DNA of 64,000 nt from Octopus sinensis. Its lineage: Eukaryota. Position 1 is the stretch's first letter. Each line of letters starts with the position of its first letter. Positions 35,236 through 48,419 of the stretch are shown here, piece by piece. The notes beneath the pieces are model-generated. The model was not told the DNA's origin. It was given only the letters and a program-made list of their open reading frames with translations, and did not search any database. The stretch lies in the NCBI RefSeq assembly GCF_006345805.1, contig NC_043003.1, forward strand, positions 84,940,001-85,004,000. The letters are read 5' to 3'. The position numbers and the translations under genes were made by a program.

Positions 35236-38200
35236 TTTATGATTATTGGTGCTACCTTGTTCATGGCTAATTTTTCTAAGATTCGTGTGTGGGAAATACT
35301 ATCAAAAGCCTTTTGGTAATCGATCCAGGGCATACTTAGACCATTCTTCTTTCTGCGACTGTCTTCAGTTATGGCTTTATAGATCAGTAGCTGATCCGTA
35401 TGAGCCCTTGCAGCATCCCTTCTGCACTTCTGGAAACATATTGTTTTCTTCCAGATGCTTGCTCATGATCAATGGTTTCATTTTGTTGTCGACATACATG
35501 ATATGTTGGGCTACTGCCGTTCTTTAATATGTTGGCCTGGTAGTTTCTTGTTGGTAGGCATTGATCTTGAGCTGCTATGATAAACCCTTCTGTTTCAGAT
35601 TTTAAGCAAGAGGCCATTAGCCATTGATAGGCCAGGGCTTTGTCAATATCTGCATTATTCGCTCTCTTTGGGTATTTGCCATAGAGAGGTTTTTCTTGCC
35701 ATTCATTATTCAGAATATCTAAGGCCGCAGTTTTGGCACGGGTTTTCAAGCGCTTAGCTTTTTGTGTGCTTGTTTCTTGTATGACTATCTCTAATTCTGA
35801 AATTTGTTGTATTCGGAATTCACTTAGATATTCCTTTGCCTGTTTTGTTACTGAGTATGATGCTTTCTTGTTTTCATGTTTTGAGACAAGTTTTAACATT
35901 CAGTCCTCAGACTTTTTCAGGTAGGTGTCTAGGCCAATTGTAGCAATCTTCATTGTTATTGCCAGTTGTAAAAGACCACGGCCTCCCACTTTTCTTAGCA
36001 GATAAAGTCGTTCTGTATCTGCCTTAGGGTGGTGCATTCTATGCATTGTCAACAGTTGTCGTATTTTTCTGTCAAGCTGACATATTTCAGTAATTGACCA
36101 GTTAACGATATTGAAACTGTAAGCCACGACTGGTATGGCTAATGCATTGATCGCTTCGATCCTGTTTCTTGCATTCAGCTCTGTCTTGAGTATTGCTCTC
36201 CCTCTTCGATAACATTCTCTCCTGATCCTTTCCTTCATCTCTGAATGCCTTATTCCATCCCCTTCAATTACCCCTAGGTACTTGTAGCTCTCCGCTGGGT
36301 CTAGTTCTTTTATGACATTCTGCTGGTCAATGTTAACGTTAGATGTTTCTGTCATTTTTCCTTTGATAAAGGTAGCTTTTGCACATTTATCGAGGCCAAA
36401 TTGCATTCTGATGTCGTCACTGAATTGTTTGACTATCGCTAGTAAGCCCTTGAGTTGTTGGTCATTTTCTGCAAAAAGCTTTAAATCATCCATGTAAATG
36501 AGATGATTTATATTTTTATCAAACATTTTATACCCGTACTGCGCGTCATTGAGCAGTTTTGAGAGAGGTATTAAGGCTAAACAAAAGAGGAGTGGTGACA
36601 GTGAGTTACCCTGGAAAATGGCACATGAAACTTTTACATCACCAGCATTTAGGGATTCATTGTCACTGTTCAAAGTTAGTGTGGTTCTCCATGATCTCAT
36701 ACTTGCAGTCAAAAAGTTTCGCAGAGTAGGTGCTCTCTTATACATTTCCAGGCATTTCTTAATCCAGCTATGTGGTAGGCTATCAAAAGCCTTTTTATAG
36801 TCTATCCAGGCTATTGACAAGTTTTTGTGTCGTTTGTGACAATCTTCTAAGATCATCTTATTGATGAGTAGTTGGTCTTTACAACCGTAACGTCCACGTT
36901 TACATCCTTTCTGTTCATTAGGGAATATGCTGCTGTCTGTTAAAAAACTATAAGTATATTCCGTCAGGACAGATGTTAGCGTTTTATACATAGTTGTTAA
37001 GCAGGTTATGGGTCTATAGTCTTTTGGTTCATTTGTTTCTTCACTTTTTGGAAGCAGGAATGTTAACCCATTAACTAGCCAAGGAAGCATCCTACTAGGG
37101 TGTTGCAAAACATCATTGTACAGTTCTGTCAGCAGTTCATGGCTCTCTGGGAAGGCATTCAGCCAGAAGTTAGGAATGTTATCCTTTCCTGGAGACTTCC
37201 ATTTGCTTGACCTCCTGAGAGCAGATCTTATATCTTCTACCTTGACACCCTCCTACTTTTGCTCTTCTAAGGAGTCCAGTTCTGTAGATATTGTCAATCC
37301 AGGGGGCCTTTTCGTTATGTGTTTTTTCTTCTGCCCAAATTTTATTCCAAAATCCCTGCACTTCTTCTTTTGATGGTACAGACCTTACAGTAACTGCTGT
37401 TTTTCCTATCTTCCTGTAAAAATTTTTGGGGTTATTTTTGAACATGTTGTCCTTGAAAAATCTAACACGCTTTTCATACCTCGCTATGCGGGCAGCTTTG
37501 GCAGATACTTTTTGTTTGGTGGTTGGTTTCTATGGTGGCATCAATATCAAGTATAGTTCTCATATTATATTTTTTCATTAATTTTTGGGTTTTTGCAGGT
37601 TTGGTAGTCTTGTGAACCTTAAGGTTTTTCAAGTATTCAATGTCAGATCTAAATAGTTTAATTTGTTGTTGCAAACGCTCTTGCCAAGAAGGCTTTTTGT
37701 GGGAATGTTGCCGTTTTCTAATCTTCACACTACATAGGATCGTTGAGATTTTCGCGGATGCATAGTATAGGTGGTTGAGATTTGTGATATCAACATCATT
37801 AGCTGAAATTATATCCTTAAGTGCAAGCCGGATTTTACCAATTATTTTCATGTTTTGGTTAGAGTTGCGGATTTTAGGGAGTGCATCGCGTTCATCCGTG
37901 CTGGTTTCTTTAATTTTCAGCTATTCAATCATGATTTGATTTTTTAGCTCATGTAGTTCTGTTGGGTCAATATTTGTGTGACTTTCTTTATCTATTTGAT
38001 GTTCATCTGTCGTAGTGTTTATGATTGGTTCAGGGAGTATTTCACTTTGCCTATCACTTATACTAACTCTTTCAATCCTTACTTCGTTTATATCAGCCCT
38101 GGGCTGGTCTATAATCATTTCCTCTGTATTATCTTCTCTAGCTGAAGTTTCGTTCATTTTATCCGTTACTGCTTGTCTAACTTGATCAATCTCTACTTCA

Positions 38201-38640
38201 GTCAGTAATTTTTTTTTTATAATGTTTGTTACTGTCTATGTAGGGTCTTGCTTCAGAGTGTTTCTGTCTCCAGTTTAAGTATGTTTGTTCAGTGTTAGAT
38301 TTATCTGCGGGGGAATATATGGGCTGGTAGAAGGCCGCAAGAACTTCTTTATTATCTTCCCTAGACCATTTTTCCTTCTTTTTCTTTTGATTATTTGGTG
38401 ACGAGCGTGGATGGCCATCTGTTGGAATATTCCGGTTGTGGGGTACGTCCAGCTCCTGTGTGTTGGGAAGATTTGATCCATTAGCTGATTTTTCAATCAG
38501 AATTTGGTTCAATTTTCGGGTACGTGGTCTTTTGTAATCCGCGCGATGACCATTGCGGTTTGTAGTTTGTTTTGTTGACATTGAAGCATGACGAGCTTCC
38601 ACTCTTACATTAGGAGATGGATTTGTCAGTTTAGGGTTCT
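35236..38640 (-). mobile_element. Near full-length, decayed R4/Dong-like non-LTR retrotransposon (RT ORF 35900-37108)
   Basis: DYRPITCL, DYKKAFDS, QGNSLSPLLF and YMDDLKLF RT motifs; N-terminal KWSREDNKEV...FY region. Same family as 15490-16790. Confidence 0.93.
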
Positions 38641-39703
38641 CTACACGTAAGCATTGCTCGTAGCGCAGCTTCTTAAGGCTAGCAGATCTGTATTCGTCTG
38701 TATTTTTTTGATAGTTTTATCTCCGAACATTTTTTCCCTTTTCTTTTCCTTCTCTTCTTTTTTCCTCTCTCTTTTTTCTTTCTCCTTCTTCCCCTTTTTC
38801 CTTCCTTCTTTTCCCTTCCTTCTTTTCCCTTCCTCTTTTAAACTTATAAAAGGCTCACTCTGCTTGTATTTGTTCGAAAAAAATGAGAGTAAAATACGAA
38901 AAAAAAAGGATCTGTCAGTTATTGTTATTATTATTATTATTACCATTACCATCATCATCATCATCAATGATATTGTTTTATGTGTAGTCACAGCAGTATC
39001 TTATTATTGTTATTTTTGTTTTTGTCATTATCACCATCACCACCACTACTGCCATTGTGTGGGGGAGCAGTTGGTTGAAGAGGTCATGCTCTATGGGTCT
39101 ATAAATAGATTTAGCAGATGGTGGAGAGATAGCCCAAGAGACAAAGGACATTAATGGTCAGGAAAGGTCAAACCTGTTTACATTTATTTTTTTTTTCCTT
39201 TCTCTTTTCTTCCTTTCCACATACATATGTATATGTATACTCACACACACATATTATCTGATGTTCACGTCGATGATTTTTTAAATTTATGAATTCAATG
39301 TTATGTATATATTTTTTTTAATTTATGAATTCAATTGTATGTATATATTAGCAGGTGCTTACTTCCATAATTTTTTATCGTACATTTAATTGTGTTGTTA
39401 CAATAAAGGCAGTTTTACACATTCTTATAGTCATGGAAGAAGGGACGACAAAATGTTCACACAAAATTGGAGATATTTATTTTTCTAATTTTTTTTTGTT
39501 AGGTTTTCGTTTGTATGTCCTAAGATGTAGATATGTAAGTTCCTTAACTTACTTCGAGGGAATTTCAAATTACTCACAGAAAACAGTAGATCTTCCAGTT
39601 TTTTACAGTTGTGTTTTTCAGTTGTCCTGCTGGGTTAGCTACTGCCAGTTCAGAGCATCGAAAAAATACGTCCAGCCTCTGTCACGTCCAGCCGCCTTCC
39701 CTC

Positions 39704-39767
<64 letters not shown>

Positions 39768-40139
39768 CATTATTATTATTATTCTTTATATGAAGCAGAT
39801 AAGGACCAAATTTAATTCTCACTAAGATGCCAGCCACCGTGAACTACAAGTTGACAAACAACTCGTCAATGTATCTTATGGAGCTGTATTTTACAGTGGG
39901 GAATTATATAATCTTGTGATATTTACTTACAGATATAAGGGTCATAAGAGTTAATAATCTTGTCTATGGATTTATGACGGTAGTGGATGATAAGATATAA
40001 GCTACTGACTTTACAAAGACAAATAGAAATGTAAATAAGTATCTAGAAAACATGATGCAGTGAGTTTTAAAATAATCTATTTTAATTCTCTTTATTTCTG
40101 CACCACTGATTAATTAGAATTCCATAAAAATCCACTTAC

Positions 40140-40289
40140 CTTTCGGTTCAGAATAATGAACGGCAGTGAAGCGAGTTGCATGTTTAATGTGACCAGTGAC
40201 TCGAACGAAAAGATGGCTGCCAGTAGATTTCAAGGAAGGAGTTTCTCTACCACAGAATTTCTTCAGTAACAATCCGTGATCGTTTGGTC
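40140..40289 (-). CDS. CUB-domain exon (GPNDHGLLLKKFCGRETPSLKSTGSHLFVRVTGHIKHATRFTAVHYSEPK)
   Basis: 150-nt symmetric phase-1 exon, T-rich acceptor ...cattAG, GTAAGT donor. Classic CUB C-half pattern LL.KFCG...P...STG..L.V....RF.A.Y. Confidence 0.85.
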
Positions 40290-40992
40290 CTAATGTTTTA
40301 ATAAGAATAATAAATAAAGATTTATATCAAAGGCACTCGTCTAGAAGATTTTGTGGGAAGGGACCAAATACACATAACTCAGTATATACGTAATTGATCA
40401 TAATTATCGACGTCTGAATGATAATATACAGGATTTGAACTCAGAAGTAAAGCGTACAAGCAGTTTGTCTAACGCCATACTCTATCTGTCACCCATTGGT
40501 TAAAGGCAATATTTTGGTTTTAACGTTAAGGGAAATAACCTTGAATGAGTTATTGTGATTGTGTTGGTGTTTCACCAACGTTATTTCTTATTTAATTATA
40601 TGTTTGAAAGCTGAGTCAACGGAGAGGAGTTACAACTAAATGAATTCTCCGGGCTGTTTAAATGCAAAAGCCTCGGATATCCAAGTAGCTAAAAAGTGTA
40701 CGCAGAAGGGTACCCAGGAATCATGACTTGGATGTAGCCCGGCCCTCTTAGAATGTGTAGCGTATAGTTATCAAATTTCAAAGCTAGGATTCGAAAGCAA
40801 ATCCACATTTTCCCACAAATTCTTGGACAATCGTCTTCGCCTGTTGCACCAAGAAATTTATGAGAAAAACCTAACCTCTTGATCTGTCCTGTGAATCATA
40901 CATGAGTCAGAAATGATGCAAAGGAGAAATTCTTTGTACAGACATACATACATACATACATACATACATACATACATACATACATACATACA

Positions 40993-41024
<32 letters not shown>

Positions 41025-42029
41025 AGTATGTGTGTGTGTGCGCGCATGTGTATACGCGCATACGCGTGTAAGATTGTGCCGGCGTGTTTAAACATGCGAA
41101 ACTCCTGGAAAACATTGAAAAGCTCCAACTACATCGAATTAGACTGAAAGCTGGGTGGTCTCCAGTTTAAATATTATTATACATCACTACTCACATATAT
41201 TCAAAGAATATTTTAACTTGATCAATGTCTACGTAGTTCTAAGGAATTTTCCAACGTCAAAAAAATCAAGATCTTCTCATCATATGGCTGAGTAAACATT
41301 ACTTGAAAAACAACATTGACTGCGTTGATTGTACACTTCTCTGAGTAACAGTGGTTGTAAGATTTCATCTTGTGTGAGCCAATGTAATTTCGTAGATTGT
41401 TCAATTACCAAATACAAGAATTTCTGGAAATTAAGGCTTGTTTACGTTTCGATTACGTATCACGTACGTAAAGATCACCGAAACTATGTGAGTTGTTCAA
41501 GAATGGAGAATTTCACTTTATTTTGTTTTAACCTGGCCAGTTTTAAGGTAAGACAAACAAAGGTTTTTAATTATTATTATTCTCTCTTTTCCTGATAATT
41601 TTATTGTTATTGTCACGTATCTGGTGTTAGATTGATATTTATCGCTGGCACTGAGCTGTGTCTCGATCTATATATTTGCATTATATGGATCTAACTTTAT
41701 CTCTCTGCCTTCCTCTCTCTCTCTCTCTCCCTATATGTGCATGCTTGTGTATGACTCTCTCTCTCTCTCTCTCATTCTCTCTAGGTATATACAGCAAAGA
41801 TATCTCTCTCTCTCTCTCCATCTCGAGGTATATACTGGAAAGATGTGGCAAAATTGGAAAATCAAAGTACTGCAATTACTTCTGCGAGCATGCAATTATT
41901 TCTCGGCAGCACTAAAGCGTATTGGTTTCACCAGAACTACAGCCCGCACACAGCGGAAGAAACTCGAATTACCCCGTTCATATGACCTGATTAGATCACA
42001 CATCAACATCCTGGGTGCCATTTAGAGAG

Positions 42030-43570
42030 AGAGTGTGGAAAGGAAAAGAAAAGTCTCTCGGACCCAGCGGATCCATTAAAGAATAAAACAGAAGTCACGA
42101 CTCAGAGACCTGCTAACGAAGAAAACACTAAACAATGATAAAACAAAAACTCCCAGAAACAATGAAGAGCAAGAAGAAAAGAAAAAGAAAGGAAGAAGAA
42201 AAATTTGGAGCAAAACAGATCTCCAACAATGAAGGCAATAGAAATAGGAGGTACAAAAGCAAAAGTAGAAACATATGCAGATTTTACCTGCAAGGAAACT
42301 GCTGGCATGATGGCGATGGTATAGACTTCTGTTTTGCATATCTGTAGTCCTGCCTAAACTGCATGGACCTACAACAGAACTCATTTCCAGGAGGAGAACA
42401 AACAAAAAAAAAACGCACACTGTCTGCTCCTAAAATACAATAAGCAGACGTAATGCATGCTACTCCAAAAACTCAGCCTTCTTCAGATCTGAAAAGAGCA
42501 GCTGCTGAACAAAAATCTTTTCTGGCTACGTCAAGCACATACTGGAAACCACACTCATCCCCACACGAGGCCACCACATATAACAAGGTAGAAGATAGCC
42601 ATCACTGTTACCAATAAATGCGTTGCTCCAATATTTCTATTAAGCATCGGAAGTCTGTTGCACTACAAGTACAAAACAAAAATCTCTTCCTGAAAGACTT
42701 TGCTGCATGCAATCAGGCTCTATGCATAGCACTTGTGGACACGTATCTTAGGCCTGATATAAGGGATGCAGAAGTACACATACCAAAATATGTTGTAATA
42801 CGAACTGGCAGAAGTGAAAGGAGACACGATGGAGCTGCAGTATACATCTGTGAGTAACTCACATTCCAGATCCTGTTGTCATATTCAAATTCAGTACGTG
42901 ACAGCAATATTGAACACATGAGACGAATTAATATTATGTGTACTATATATCACCCTCCAGATAATCCAAATCATACAGGCGAGTTTGAAGATTGCCTCGC
43001 AAAGATAGATGTTATCACCAAATTGGAGCTACACATGAGTGTATTCCTTTTGAGTGACTTCAACTTCCTCAATGTAGGCTGGCCTGAGGACCTCATGCCC
43101 TCAGGAATGACACACTACCAACAAGTACGGGTGGAGTCGCTGATTAACCTTACTAATGCTTCATTCATGGAGCAAATTGTATTGTAACAAATCCGGGCAA
43201 ATAATATACTGGTTTTCTGCTTAAACAAACAATATGCATATAATCCTTAATGTCCAAGTGGCACCGACACTAGTCTCACATCATGATATAATAGAGCTGC
43301 CTATGTATGAACCAAAATATCCCGCAGAAATAGAGTCTATACGAAACATCAGAAATCTCTTCAGTCTGAGATTTCATAAAGCAAAATGGAAATCGATTGA
43401 GAAAAAGATCCTCAAACGGGATTGGCTTAAATGTCTCTCTACACTAAACATTGACATGAAACTCGAACATTTTATATCCGTAATGGAAGTCAAATCTGTC
43501 TCAGAGAACAAAGCCAACACACGCAAGAACGAGATCTCTTGGTAGAGGAAAATTCTTATGAGATGATGAA
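42030..43570 (+). mobile_element. Decayed CR1/Jockey-group LINE 5' half (CCCH-finger ORF1 piece plus APE endonuclease)
   Basis: ICRFYLQGNCWH motif; IALVDTYL, YHPP, LLSDFNF and SFMEQIV endonuclease motifs; many stops. Confidence 0.8.
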
Positions 43571-44184
43571 CAAAGATTCATTAAAATAAATGAGGAAACG
43601 ATATAGTGCATTTTTTCCGTGTTGTATTGTGGTATGTTATTAATGAGGATAAGGTTAAAACCGCGGGGTAATCTCACTCGACGCGAGGTTTTACTATCAA
43701 ACGAGGAAGTCTCTACGAAGCTAAATCCTCTAAACTCACACTGTCATCTTAAAAAAACAAAAGAAGAGAAAGTGGGGAACACCAGATGATGAAGTCCTAC
43801 GTAACACTAATTAGGACGTAAGGGACACATGAGAATACCTCTGATCACAAGTTTGCTCTGTTAGGGCTGACTGGGATTAAACTATTGCTACTACTAGTCA
43901 AAACTCAGAGAAATCAATAATACGGCAGTTTCCTTAGCAGCGTCGAATGTGTATCGAAGTAACATTGTACTAGTCAGCTTCCCTCCCTCTCTTCAATAAC
44001 AATACAACCGTGATAGAATGTTTATGTGACAACGTATACAATTACAAAGAGTTTTTATTTTTATTTTCAAAAAAATACATTTCCCCCTTCACTTAAATAT
44101 GCAATAGCCCATTATTTATAGGTTGAGAACTCAATAAAACAAACAGTCTTCTCGAACCCAACATAACGAAGATAAATCGTATTT

Positions 44185-44370
44185 CTTGCAGAGGCACAAA
44201 GACAAAAATTTGAGAATAGGTCGTCGAATAAGTGGACTTAAGATCTTGACTAGTACGTATTTTATCGATCCCAGGAAGACGAAAGGCAAAGTCGACTTCG
44301 GCAGAGTTTGAACTCTAAAGATAATGTTGATTATCCGTCGTAAGTAACTGGCATATGAGACGAAGAAGCC
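44185..44370 (-). mobile_element. SINE family A
   Basis: tttatcgatcccaggaagacgaaaggcaaagtcgacttcggcagagtttgaactc. Confidence 0.75.
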
Positions 44371-44608
44371 GGCATTCTCTTCGCGGCATATCACTAAATT
44401 ATATTTGTTTTCTAAATTACAGAGCCTAATCACTGCAAATGCAAGCGATCACTTTGATTGTGCAAGGATAGAAGGAAAAAGAACGAAAATTTTAAAAGGA
44501 AGGTTGGTTATTTTATCAAATAGTGGTCGTTTGTATTCAGTTTTGAATCAACGTTAATTACATTAAAATTAGAAAAAGGCAAATAAATAAACAATAAGAA
44601 TAACTTAC

Positions 44609-44702
44609 TTTTTTGTAAAGTTGAAATCACACTTCGCACTATATCCGTCCGTCCAGATTCAACGGCCTTTCGTAAACCTTCAGTGATTTCGTTAAGAGAC
44701 AT
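44609..44702 (-). CDS. First coding exon of an ankyrin-like protein (MSLNEITEGLRKAVESGRTDIVRSVISTLQK)
   Basis: ATG at 44702, 31 codons plus 1 nt, GTAAGT donor. L..AV..G..DIV..L pattern of an ankyrin-repeat helix pair; promoter-like region just upstream. Confidence 0.65.
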
Positions 44703-44879
44703 AGCGAGTCATATAGAAATAAAAATTGTTTGTTTTTTAACATGAAGAACCAGAACACTAGGATCTGGAATTATGAATAAAAGGTGAATAAGAATTGAAA
44801 GGAAGCAAAAAGCTGAACTGAAAGGACAGGTGGTAGAAAGAAGAGGCCGAAAAAAAAATAAATAAAAGTAAGTTACTGT

Positions 44880-45060
44880 TACGTTGTCAACAGCCGCCTC
44901 TTTCATATAACACCGCCCATGACGAGGCCAGAATGTAAATAAATCAACTTCCGCTTTCGCTATTTGCTTCCGTTCTCACTATTCGCGACTATGTTTCGGT
45001 TGTTGGATCTAACCGCTACGTTTTTGTTCGGCATACTAGAAATAGTGGCTAAAAACCCTT
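44880..45060. promoter_or_regulatory. Putative (bidirectional) housekeeping-type promoter
   Basis: CpG-enriched; ETS-like ACTTCCG 44947-44953 and GCTTCCG 44966-44972; GC box CCGCCC 44913-44918; TGACG half-CRE. Confidence 0.45.
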
Positions 45061-45544
45061 CATTTACATCCAGAAAACTTTAGTATTTTGAACATATAAT
45101 ATGGCGCACAAAGTGACACAAACTGAATGGAAGACAATGTCAGCGTGTGTGTGTGTACCTATATTCGGTGTGTATGTAACCGTGTGTACGTGAGTGTGTG
45201 CTTTTGCAATGCTTTACTTTTACTGTCAATACATTCGTTTTAATAATTAGAAAAAAATGGCAGCCTTTCGGTATTAGTAGATCATGTCATTCTGTGTCTT
45301 TTTGAGCCCAGCCTCTTTTTGTTTCATAAGGGAAAATGTTGTGTGAGTGTATGACGATGTGTACTAATATCGAATGATTGTCCAAAAATGTTTAGATTAA
45401 TCAGTCACATTCTATGATTATTTGCTCAACCTTCATTCGGGGTAGTTTTGTCACTTTCTTCACCATAATATATGTACAAAGTTCGAAAGATTGCCTTTGC
45501 ATCCTACTGTCACGAAATGTGACAGTAGGATAATGCGGTCGTAG

Positions 45545-45665
45545 ATGGAATGGTTACGGTTGGAGTCTTTGATATTAGATTTACACAGTAACGGTTGCAT
45601 GACACTGGAAAGATTTTTGATAAGGGCTAAAACATCGAAGAAGCATCTACACATTCGCACAACTA
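45545..45665 (+). CDS. Candidate first coding exon of a divergent + strand gene (MEWLRLESLILDLHSNGCMTLERFLIRAKTSKKHLHIRTT)
   Basis: ATG preceded by an in-frame stop, GTGAGA donor at phase 1. No recognised homology. Confidence 0.25.
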
Positions 45666-45829
45666 GTGAGAAATAGCATTCAAATTTCCCTCATATTACA
45701 CTTTCATTTTGTGGTAAGAATTTGCCGTCAGATCTAAACATTTAGAGAGCTAATGAGAATTTTAGAAATTATTGACTTTATTTCATAATGAAGTTAATAA
45801 ATCGTTTTTAAAGAAGTATAATATTTTAC

Positions 45830-47240
45830 TGCGTCTGGATCAGCTATGCCTTTATCCTCGGAGGTCGAGAAAATAAAATACTGGGATAGATGATATCCGC
45901 TTATCCCTTACCCGGCTGAATCATTAACGTCCGGACAAAAATGTTTTGTATTTCTTCTCTCACCTGGGTCAAAATAACGTTTCATTATTTCGGAGTCGAT
46001 ATAATAAGTACCTGTTGGACACTGGGAGCCATGTAATAGGCTAGCTCCCCGTCCAAAACTTTTAATCCCTGTGCCTATAGAACAAAAGATTATTATTATT
46101 ATGGTGACCCAACATAATCATTAGCACGTAGGACGAAATACTCGACGGCATTTCTTTCTGCTCCTTGCGTGCTCAGCTGAAATCATTTTGAAGTCAAGTT
46201 TGCTCTTCATCCTTTCGATAAAACAAAGTACTAGTTGATACCTCTCTCAAATGTTCAGGCATCGTGCCTGTATTAAGAAAGAATTACAATTAAGGCAGTG
46301 AACTGCCCTCTTGCCAAAATTTGAATCAAAGGCGGTGAGCTAGCAGAAACGATAGTATGCCGGATAAAATAATTCGCGGTATTTCGTTCGTCTTTACATT
46401 CTGAGTTCAAATTCCGCCGAGATTGAATTTCATTCTTTCGGGGCCAATAAGATAAGTATCAGTTAAGCTCCCGGGGTCAGTGTTATCGACAATCCCTTTC
46501 CCACAAAATTTCAGGTCTTGTCATAAGTCACAATTTTTGAACTACAAAAATATTTTGAAAACTTTTTTTTCCTGCATTTCCAGTCTATATCATTCATTGA
46601 CATTTTATACACATTCACATTTGATATTATAGTTTAAAAAAAAAACGCAAATGTTTATTATTGCAATTGAACAGAAAAGAATAAATATGCTTTTTTTCAG
46701 CGATACCCATTTGAGACTTTTCAAAAAATTTATCATAAATTCCAAAATAATTCACATATCAAGAAAATTTAAATACTATATATTATTTTAACTCCCAAGA
46801 CACTTGGCAAAGCCAAATATATGAATAACAAAAATGTGGCTATTAATGAGTTAATAATAGCACTAATAATAGTAATTGTTTCCGATGTAGGCATAAGGTC
46901 AGCAATTTTAAACTGAGAATGTTAGCTCAAATCCCGCTGAGTTCCATTTCATCCCACCAGGGTCAACAAGAAAATATAGTACCTGCCAAGTACATGGGTG
47001 ATGATATCGACTAATCCCAAGAATGGCTGTTCTTGACAAAAACATAACAAAACAAAAGAATGAAATAATTGTTATTAATCTTGGTGGTTCAGCAGAATTG
47101 TTAGGCAATCGGACAAAATTTGTTCTGTCCCTTTACGTTGTGTTCAAATTCTGCTGAGGTCAGCTTTGATTTTTCATCCTTTCGAGGTCGGTAAAATAAA
47201 TTACTTGTGAAATACTTGTTGAGGGCATCGACTAACCCAC
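45830..47240. mobile_element. Cluster of degenerate SINE family A copies
   Basis: Several tcatcctttcg...gtc..taaaata..tac cores (45850, 45990, 46200, 46430, 47170), plus a minus-strand copy near 46880-47000. Confidence 0.7.
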
Positions 47241-47758
47241 TCCATTCATGTAAACTTTATGGTTACACCAGAAAACTTTATTATCGTAAATTATATTAGT
47301 TTTCAAATTTTCAGACAATTGTTCAGAATTACCTCCCTTGCAAATCGTGCAGCTTCTCCAAGACACTTTAAATACACATTTCATATTTATAGCATCACGT
47401 TTTAAAATTACTATAAGGTTGTCAGATAAATTCCCTGCTTTTTTTTTTCTTTTTTGGTACTCCATCGTGATATATCAGAAAAGTAATAATATTTATTCAT
47501 ATTTAGAAAATGATAAAAGTTGTAGGAAAATAGCGCTACCAAAAAAAAAAGAACAAACAAACCCATAAAACACAACAATAAAAATATTTTTCGTGTTAAT
47601 TAAAATAACATAGAATTAGATTATAGAATAAAATTGATTGACATCCTCACACACGACAGCGACAGCTGAAATCTACAGTTTCTGACGCATAATTTCATTT
47701 CCTGAGAACCGATTATGTCCCTTGCACTCTATTCACCTTCAATACCGCTTTTACACAG

Positions 47759-47854
47759 ATGATGCTACTCTTACTCTTTATAAAGTAAAGAGCTTGCATC
47801 AAACCTATTCTGACTCTACGTACAAAGTTCTCAAAACATTCTCCAGTGAACAGG
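47759..47854 (+). CDS. Candidate 96-nt symmetric phase-1 exon (xDATLTLYKVKSLHQTYSDSTYKVLKTFSSEQG)
   Basis: cttttacacAG acceptor, CAGG|GTGAGT donor, open frame. Product not recognised. Confidence 0.4.
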
Positions 47855-48419
47855 GTGAGTGGGTAAGCCGATTACACCAGTGCTCAGCTGATACTTATTG
47901 ACCCCGAAAGAAAGTCAAATTTTGCCAGCAATTTTATGAGAGGGAGTAAGTCAATTACATTGACTTGCTCCTTGCCTCAAACTTGCTGTCAAAATTTGTA
48001 ACTAATATTTATCACGGCTCTTTCTAACCTAAGTTCTAATCCTGTCCAAGTCAACTTCTTAATTTCATAATTCTCGGGTCAATAAAATAAGCACCAATCA
48101 AGTATTTCGGTCGGTTTAGTCTAGTGCTTCCCAAATCAAGATTTTCTGGCTTTGTGCTGAATTTAGAAATAATTATTATTATAGGAGAGGGACTAGAATA
48201 TAGATTTTTGGTATTCCTTGTTATAGAAAATTGTTAGTGGACTTTAATGTGTGTGTCGGAAAAGAAAGATAAATGCTGTATCTATCAACAAGATTTCATA
48301 CAAGGCTTTTATAGAAAATAATTCCAAAGGTGCAGAAATTACGACGTTATGAAACGAACTTTTCTTAATAATAAAGCTATGCTTCAGGAGATTCAGAGTA
48401 GGGTGACCCTGTAATTATT

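Noticed and set aside
40213-40269. AAGATGGCTGCC YY1/start-like motif on the + strand
   Set aside because: It is the antisense of the CUB exon; the + frame closes after 18 codons.
40690-40890. 65-codon minus-strand open frame (…RILALKFDNYTL…GYIQVMIPGYPSAY)
   Set aside because: Lacks the required CUB cysteine, and the only donor is phase 2, incompatible with the 40289 exon.
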